DNA from: Anaerolineales bacterium
Lineage (GTDB): Bacteria > Chloroflexota > Anaerolineae > Anaerolineales > UBA4823
Assembly (NCBI GenBank): GCA_035643335.1
Contig: DASQQR010000033.1
Coordinates: 1 to 28,237, forward strand
Reading direction: 5' to 3'
Length of the DNA: 28,237 bases
This document shows positions 24,501-28,237 of the stretch, in pieces. A program made the translations under genes and the position numbers. Positions within the stretch are counted from its first letter, which is position 1. Every line of letters starts with the position of its first letter. Below the pieces are notes generated by a model, which was not told the origin of the DNA, did no database searches, and saw only the letters and a program-made list of their open reading frames with translations.

Positions 24501-25411
24501 TGGATCGGGCTCAATTACAGGTAGTGGTCCCGATCCGGCGCGAGTCGGCGACGATTGGACTGCTTTTGCTGGAGAGCGTTGCGGGCGGAGTTTGTCCAGA
24601 TGAGGTGATGGCGTTCCTCTCACGTTTGAGCGATCACGCATCCATCGCCATCTCAAACGCGCAGCTATATGGCGCGGTGCAAACGGCCAGCCTGGCAAAA
24701 AGCCAATTCGTTTCAGCCGCGGCCCATGAGCTTAAGAACCCGTTGACATCCATCAAGGGCTATACGGACCTGCTGGTCGCCGGCGCGGTTGGGCAGGTTA
24801 ACGATGGGCAGGCGAACTTTCTGTCTACAATTCGTTCTAATGCGGAGCGGATGAGCACACTGGTCTCGGATCTGCAGGATCTCTCCCGGATCGAGGCTGG
24901 CCAGCTAAGGCTGCAGTTTGGAAAAGTGGAGTTGTCCGAGATCATCGACGAAGTAATCCGCTCTCTGCACAGGCAAATAGAGGAAAGGGACCAGGTGCTG
25001 GTATTGGAAGTGCCGCCGGATCTGCCATTCATATGGGGTGACCGGGTACGCCTGGTTCAGATCTTGACGAACCTGGTAAGCAATGCGCACAAGTACACCC
25101 CGCAGGCTGGGAAGATCACGGTTCATGCCAAACAGATTGCAGGTCAGGGTGATCCGGCTGGCGGCTCCCGATTCGTTCACGTTACCGTGCAAGATGCTGG
25201 GATCGGGATCAGCCCATCGGATCAGCGCAAAATCTTCCAACAGTTTTTCCGTTCGGAGGACCCCAAGGTGCGCGAGGTCAGCGGCACCGGGCTGGGATTA
25301 AGCATCACCAAGAACCTAGTCGAAATGCAGGGCGGCACTATCTGGTTTGAAAGCCAGGTGGGAAAAGGAACCTCGTTCCATTTTACCGTCCCCATCGCGG
25401 AAAGCGGTTAA
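21539..25411 (+). CDS. Membrane-bound sensor histidine kinase (multi-TM, ~4 GAF domains, HisKA, HATPase_c)
   Basis: Hydrophobic N-terminal ~350 aa, then four GAF-like repeats ending A.A.E(N)A-type. H-box AAHELKNPLTSIKG, N-box QILTNLVSNAHKY, DAGIGI, and GTGLGLSI. Confidence 0.93.
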   Translation: MPDIKHAPLFSSGASTAGWSPSFRWVKSAALAYLQKQLVAALIFLYQGLAALMFVAVPLSAFHWLRTPFLGVFTQAALIIPYVTGLIYLASSLWVLGFRRTDASRRAFAVFATSMAIAIVGLFDSDTSDRLAYIWPLAIALAGGALFNLGLLFPQEVRLVRRYPALRWAGYAPAIGLALFAFSGRNDVSNSAAYLLIQRLDFIFLSLVVVFFLSWTLSRRLSSPSPIVREQSFLVLWASVISFGPMLGFFITHTIDATVQFTPLLLLPLPAFPLVTGYSILRSRRLDTDYLLSRGVLFAIMSMLVASGYALLVSGASLVLGQLLPAGTPFLIGIVVFVLALCLNPLRLYLQRAVDKVFFKGQAGYRAQLQEFGHELTQMMGLDGITDVLRRYVTSALFPAQLHVFIHDALGDCYRAKPDQRGRRTSDLRFAADSSLAQILAHRKASLFLSEGQSLPVALLAERARLAMLGANLFIPLPGQQRLVGWMALGPRRSGDPYTSNDVAFLESLADQSALAMERAQVVADLERQVHQMDVVTRLAQGVNITLAFDDLLELFYAQTSHLLPMRDFRITLLDDSGETLYHAFYLDKDERISERENQPLPGGQGLEAEVVSGQRAIIAVEYEQECRSRGLLPETKGIKAWVGVPLHAGADTIGAMSLGSRDPTLAYTQEQVNLLQTIADLAAGAILKARLLEETEASVRQMRTLNEIARSITSTLDLDPLLQEIMQSAVDILECEAGSLLMVDENTGESVFEVAIGPVGAELVGQRVPPGAGLVGKAVANGEAVIQNDVRRSREWFDTDKDTGYSTQDLLVVPMRVKDRVLGVLEVLNKRDRSPFTHKDQELLSAFAAQAVVAIENARSYTLTDQALAARVEELSVMQRIDRELNASLDVQRAMRITLEWALRQSKAEAGLVGVITQEGVRVMVTQGYADELDAYNDSLLPLDLPVLEEAVAGGQPYCRPVGTKAQVTQDQSDGEIERGGNDFRLLDRAQLQVVVPIRRESATIGLLLLESVAGGVCPDEVMAFLSRLSDHASIAISNAQLYGAVQTASLAKSQFVSAAAHELKNPLTSIKGYTDLLVAGAVGQVNDGQANFLSTIRSNAERMSTLVSDLQDLSRIEAGQLRLQFGKVELSEIIDEVIRSLHRQIEERDQVLVLEVPPDLPFIWGDRVRLVQILTNLVSNAHKYTPQAGKITVHAKQIAGQGDPAGGSRFVHVTVQDAGIGISPSDQRKIFQQFFRSEDPKVREVSGTGLGLSITKNLVEMQGGTIWFESQVGKGTSFHFTVPIAESG

Positions 25412-26295
25412 TCTTCAGCTCTGTACGACCAATCCCAGAACCAGTAGGCGAGACCCTTCCACTCGCCCCAATTTTCGAAGGCGGTTTCGACCTCGGCCGG
25501 CCCGACTGGCTCCCCACCATACCACTCATGGGAGACCATCTTGAGAGCCCAGGAATCTACCGGGATAAAGTCGTAGCGACCCAAGATCATCAGCAGGTTG
25601 GCGGCGGCATAGGCACCCACTCCTTTAATCGCCAGGATTTGCTTGCGAAGCTCGGCTGTAGGCAAATCGCTGGTTTTGAGGGCTTCGAGGTCGAGGTTGC
25701 CTGAGGCGATGGATTGGGCCAGTTCCAGGACATATGGAGCACGATAGCCCAACCTGGTTTCTTTGCGCAACTTTTCAACGTTCGCGATTGCCAGCTGATC
25801 GGGATTCGGAAAGGCGTGCCGACCGAAGTCGTTGGGCACTGCCCACCCAAATTGAGTCACCAAATTCTCTACCATCCGGATCGTCCCTGCCCATGCGGTA
25901 TTCGTCGTTAGAATTGTCTTGACAGTGTCCTCGAACAAGGTGGGAGAACGCAACACCCGCCCGCGGGCCCGGGATTCAACGTAGAAGAGCTTGGGCTCAT
26001 GCTGGGTAAGGGCATAAAAGGAGGAGAAATCTTGATCCAGCCCCAACATCCAACCTACCTTACGCTCAATCTCGGTGCGTTCCCTCTCAGTCAACTCGTC
26101 TTTGACCTCTACGTTAACGCCTACCGGCGCCTCGGACACACATAATTTCGTGACACGCCCTGAAGCCAGCCGGTCCGCGTAGGTGAAGCCACCGGTGGTT
26201 TCATCTTCAAGAAAAGGGGCCAGCCTGATCCAACCATGGGACCCCAGAACCGTGGAAAGGGAAAAGGGAGGACGCGCCGCTAACGTAATCTTCAT
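25408..26295 (-). CDS. HhH-GPD superfamily DNA glycosylase (AlkA/Ogg-like)
   Basis: Motifs FEDTVKTILTTN, FPNPDQLA, LGYRAPY, HhH ILAIKGVGAYAA, PVD and WGEWKG. Confidence 0.88.
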   Translation of the reverse strand: MKITLAARPPFSLSTVLGSHGWIRLAPFLEDETTGGFTYADRLASGRVTKLCVSEAPVGVNVEVKDELTERERTEIERKVGWMLGLDQDFSSFYALTQHEPKLFYVESRARGRVLRSPTLFEDTVKTILTTNTAWAGTIRMVENLVTQFGWAVPNDFGRHAFPNPDQLAIANVEKLRKETRLGYRAPYVLELAQSIASGNLDLEALKTSDLPTAELRKQILAIKGVGAYAAANLLMILGRYDFIPVDSWALKMVSHEWYGGEPVGPAEVETAFENWGEWKGLAYWFWDWSYRAED

Positions 26296-26304
26296 ATCTG
26301 CTCT

Positions 26305-27006
26305 CTAGCGATGGTTCAAACGCCTTAGCACAACCGGTAACTGGCTCAAATCACCGATCTCATGGTAGTTGTGATTATCTAATGCATCGCCGACAATATT
26401 CTCATGGGACCAGGTATGTGGGTAGGGTACATATACGGCCTGAGCGCCAATCTCGAGCACGGGCAAGATATCGGAGCGAAGAGAGTTGCCTACCATGAGG
26501 AACTTTGGAGCCGCGATATTGTGCTTGTCCAGTAAAGTCTGGTAAGCCAGCCTGGTTTTCTCTCCCACAATCTCAATATAGCGAAAGTACTTCACCAACC
26601 CCGAACGCCTGACCTTTCTCTCTTGCTCGAAGGTGTCGCCTTTAGTGATCAGCATCAATTGGTAGTCGGGCGCCAGCTGCCCCAGGGTTTCTTCGGCGTG
26701 ATCGATCAAGCGTACTTCCTCTGCCAACATGCCTTTTCCCAACGCAAGAATCTCCTGGATTTCACTTCCGGCTACCTGACCGCTAGAGAGTTCGACCGCG
26801 GATTCAAGCATGGACAGAACAAAACTCTTAATTCCGTAGCCATAGGCCTGGACATTGTGGATCTCAATTTCGTCCAGTCTTTGCTCAACCCACTCCGGAT
26901 TGTGATATCTGGAAAGGATCTGTATGAAGACCGCCTTGGCTTGCGTATAATACTCTTCGTTGTGCCAAAGGGTGTCATCGGCATCAAAAGCAATTACCTC
27001 GAGCAT
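26305..27006 (-). CDS. HAD-superfamily hydrolase
   Basis: Motif I FDADDTLW, LITKGD, EK, and motif IV MVGNSLRSDI. Confidence 0.92.
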   Translation of the reverse strand: MLEVIAFDADDTLWHNEEYYTQAKAVFIQILSRYHNPEWVEQRLDEIEIHNVQAYGYGIKSFVLSMLESAVELSSGQVAGSEIQEILALGKGMLAEEVRLIDHAEETLGQLAPDYQLMLITKGDTFEQERKVRRSGLVKYFRYIEIVGEKTRLAYQTLLDKHNIAAPKFLMVGNSLRSDILPVLEIGAQAVYVPYPHTWSHENIVGDALDNHNYHEIGDLSQLPVVLRRLNHR

Positions 27007-27023
27007 GGTCCTGACCTAAAGAA

Positions 27024-27383
27024 TCATTTCTTACGCATCCACCACTCGGTGAACTCGGTGCATTCACCGGCGGGGTTGAGTTTGATCAGCCAAATATTAC
27101 TGTACGTTCGATCGTGGTCTTTGTAATGCGTCAGGCCGCGGACAACGCCTACCTCGTCCTGGGCAGCCAGGATCTCGTATTCGAATGTGTAGCTTCCCGG
27201 TTCATCTTTGCGTTCCAACCACCCAGCTACGATGTCCTGCCGGCCCTCCCAAGGCGTATCGAACGGACCGGTGTAATATTTTGCATCGGTAGCAAAGAGC
27301 TTTCCGATGTCATCGGGATCGTTGCTATTCCAGGCCTGGATATATCCTTCAACCCAGTGTGCAAACCGGTCTTTGCTTGGCAT
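27024..27383 (-). CDS. SnoaL/NTF2-like protein
   Basis: W...Y..AW.SND..DI..LF..DA.Y...P pattern and C-terminal YSNIWLIKL...C.EFTEWW. Confidence 0.85.
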   Translation of the reverse strand: MPSKDRFAHWVEGYIQAWNSNDPDDIGKLFATDAKYYTGPFDTPWEGRQDIVAGWLERKDEPGSYTFEYEILAAQDEVGVVRGLTHYKDHDRTYSNIWLIKLNPAGECTEFTEWWMRKK

Positions 27384-27416
27384 TGCATGCTCTCCTTTGG
27401 TTCACTGTTTTTGCTT

Positions 27417-27956
27417 TCAATTTGCCTTTTCGACCAGAGCCTGGATGATCTCACGGCAAAACTCAGGCAGATCGTTGGGCATCCGGCTCGTAATTATGTT
27501 CCCATCCCGGACCACGGGTGCATCAAGATACTCAGCGCCGGCATTGACCATGTCGTCTCTAACCGCGCTGAGACCGGTGGCGCGCCTGCCAGAAATAATT
27601 CCCGCTGAGATCAATACCCAGGGCCCATGACAAATGGCAGCGATAATCTTGCCGTGATGGTGGCAGTCCGCTACAAGTTTGATGGTTCCCGTGTGGCGGC
27701 GCAAGTAGTCGGGCGAAAAGCCGCCAGGGATGAGGATGCAATCGATCTCTTCGGCGTTCAAATCCTCAACCCGCTCCAGGTGGTAACGCTGCCCTTCCGG
27801 CATGACGGGGATGGGAACCGGGTGTCCGAAGCGACCGGTTACTGGCTTGCTTTCCAGGTACGGGCGCGGATGCAAACCCATTGGGACTGGAGCGACCACA
27901 ATTTCGGCTCCTTCCTCGCTGAGACGCAAAATGGGATAGAGCAGATGGTATGTCAT
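27417..27956 (-). CDS. PfpI/DJ-1 family protein (N-terminus apparently truncated)
   Basis: Motifs YP..RL.EEG, IPGGFSPDYLR, AAICHGPW (nucleophilic Cys), VVRDGNIITSR and PNDLPEF. Confidence 0.82.
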   Translation of the reverse strand: MTYHLLYPILRLSEEGAEIVVAPVPMGLHPRPYLESKPVTGRFGHPVPIPVMPEGQRYHLERVEDLNAEEIDCILIPGGFSPDYLRRHTGTIKLVADCHHHGKIIAAICHGPWVLISAGIISGRRATGLSAVRDDMVNAGAEYLDAPVVRDGNIITSRMPNDLPEFCREIIQALVEKAN

Positions 27957-27974
27957 GGTGCCAGATTGGCTATC

Positions 27975-28235
27975 TCAGGCTGGCAGGCGTCCTTTCAAAT
28001 CCTTTGCCGAGAAGGGACCCGGCTCAGCGATCAGCTGGCGAGCCGGCTCGACCTGACTCCACACGTTCCAGGCCACCACGCCCCGGACACGTCCCTCCTG
28101 CAGGTAGTAGATTATGCCTTTCCTAAACGGATCCTGCCAGTCAGAGAAGGTTTCCAATTTGGAGTTGGTGTCACCGACCGCCTCGTAACCCAAATCGAAC
28201 AGGTCGGAGTAGAAATATGGCAGGTGATGGTACGC
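27975..28235 (-). CDS. FAD-dependent ferredoxin/rubredoxin reductase-like oxidoreductase, C-terminal fragment (5' end outside window)
   Basis: Frame is open to the window edge: AYHHLPYFYSDLFDLGYEAVG...GIIYYLQEGRVRGVVAWNVW, which is a reductase C-terminal domain pattern. Confidence 0.85.
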   Translation of the reverse strand, partial: AYHHLPYFYSDLFDLGYEAVGDTNSKLETFSDWQDPFRKGIIYYLQEGRVRGVVAWNVWSQVEPARQLIAEPGPFSAKDLKGRLPA

Positions 28236-28237
28236 AT

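Noticed and set aside
27114-27608. 164-aa plus-strand ORF
   Set aside because: Antisense to the well-supported SnoaL and PfpI genes, with no motifs.
1-28237. tRNA, rRNA, transposase, integrase, phage or defence genes
   Set aside because: None were recognisable on either strand by inspection; tRNAscan/Rfam searches were not run.

Overview
This 28.2 kb window looks like chromosomal DNA from a Chloroflexota (Anaerolineae-like) bacterium; the taxon is inferred from gene content and protein style, not from a database search. From 1 to 8.8 kb it holds the end of a complex I operon with two divergent nuoM genes (nuoL'-nuoM-nuoM-nuoN, a '2M' complex I). This is followed by the Fo half of an ATP synthase operon (atpI, atpB, atpE and an atpF fused to only the C-terminal domain of delta), with no F1 genes after it, and then a stand-alone murE carrying an EDPR motif. 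From 8.9 to 16.6 kb is an accessory-looking, mostly minus-strand region: a secreted protein with two copies of an unnamed domain, an 85-aa protein with two classical eukaryote-type C2H2 zinc fingers, a cupin bracketed by two related perfect 42/46-bp palindromes, a DHH-membrane protein-TSUP-USP-ABC1 kinase operon, a second family of GC-rich palindromes and a probable deletion/frameshift pseudogene. From 16.7 to 28.2 kb are a heterodimeric ABC exporter, a DUF4032 kinase-like gene, a large multi-TM/4xGAF histidine kinase with an apparently leaderless promoter, and minus-strand genes for a DNA glycosylase, HAD hydrolase, SnoaL-like protein, PfpI and an FAD reductase (partial). I found no rRNA, tRNA, CRISPR array, transposase or integrase. 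The leading candidates for novelty are the tandem C2H2 finger gene with its palindrome-punctuated neighbourhood, the NuoM2 lacking the TM7 lysine, and the b/delta-CTD fusion.
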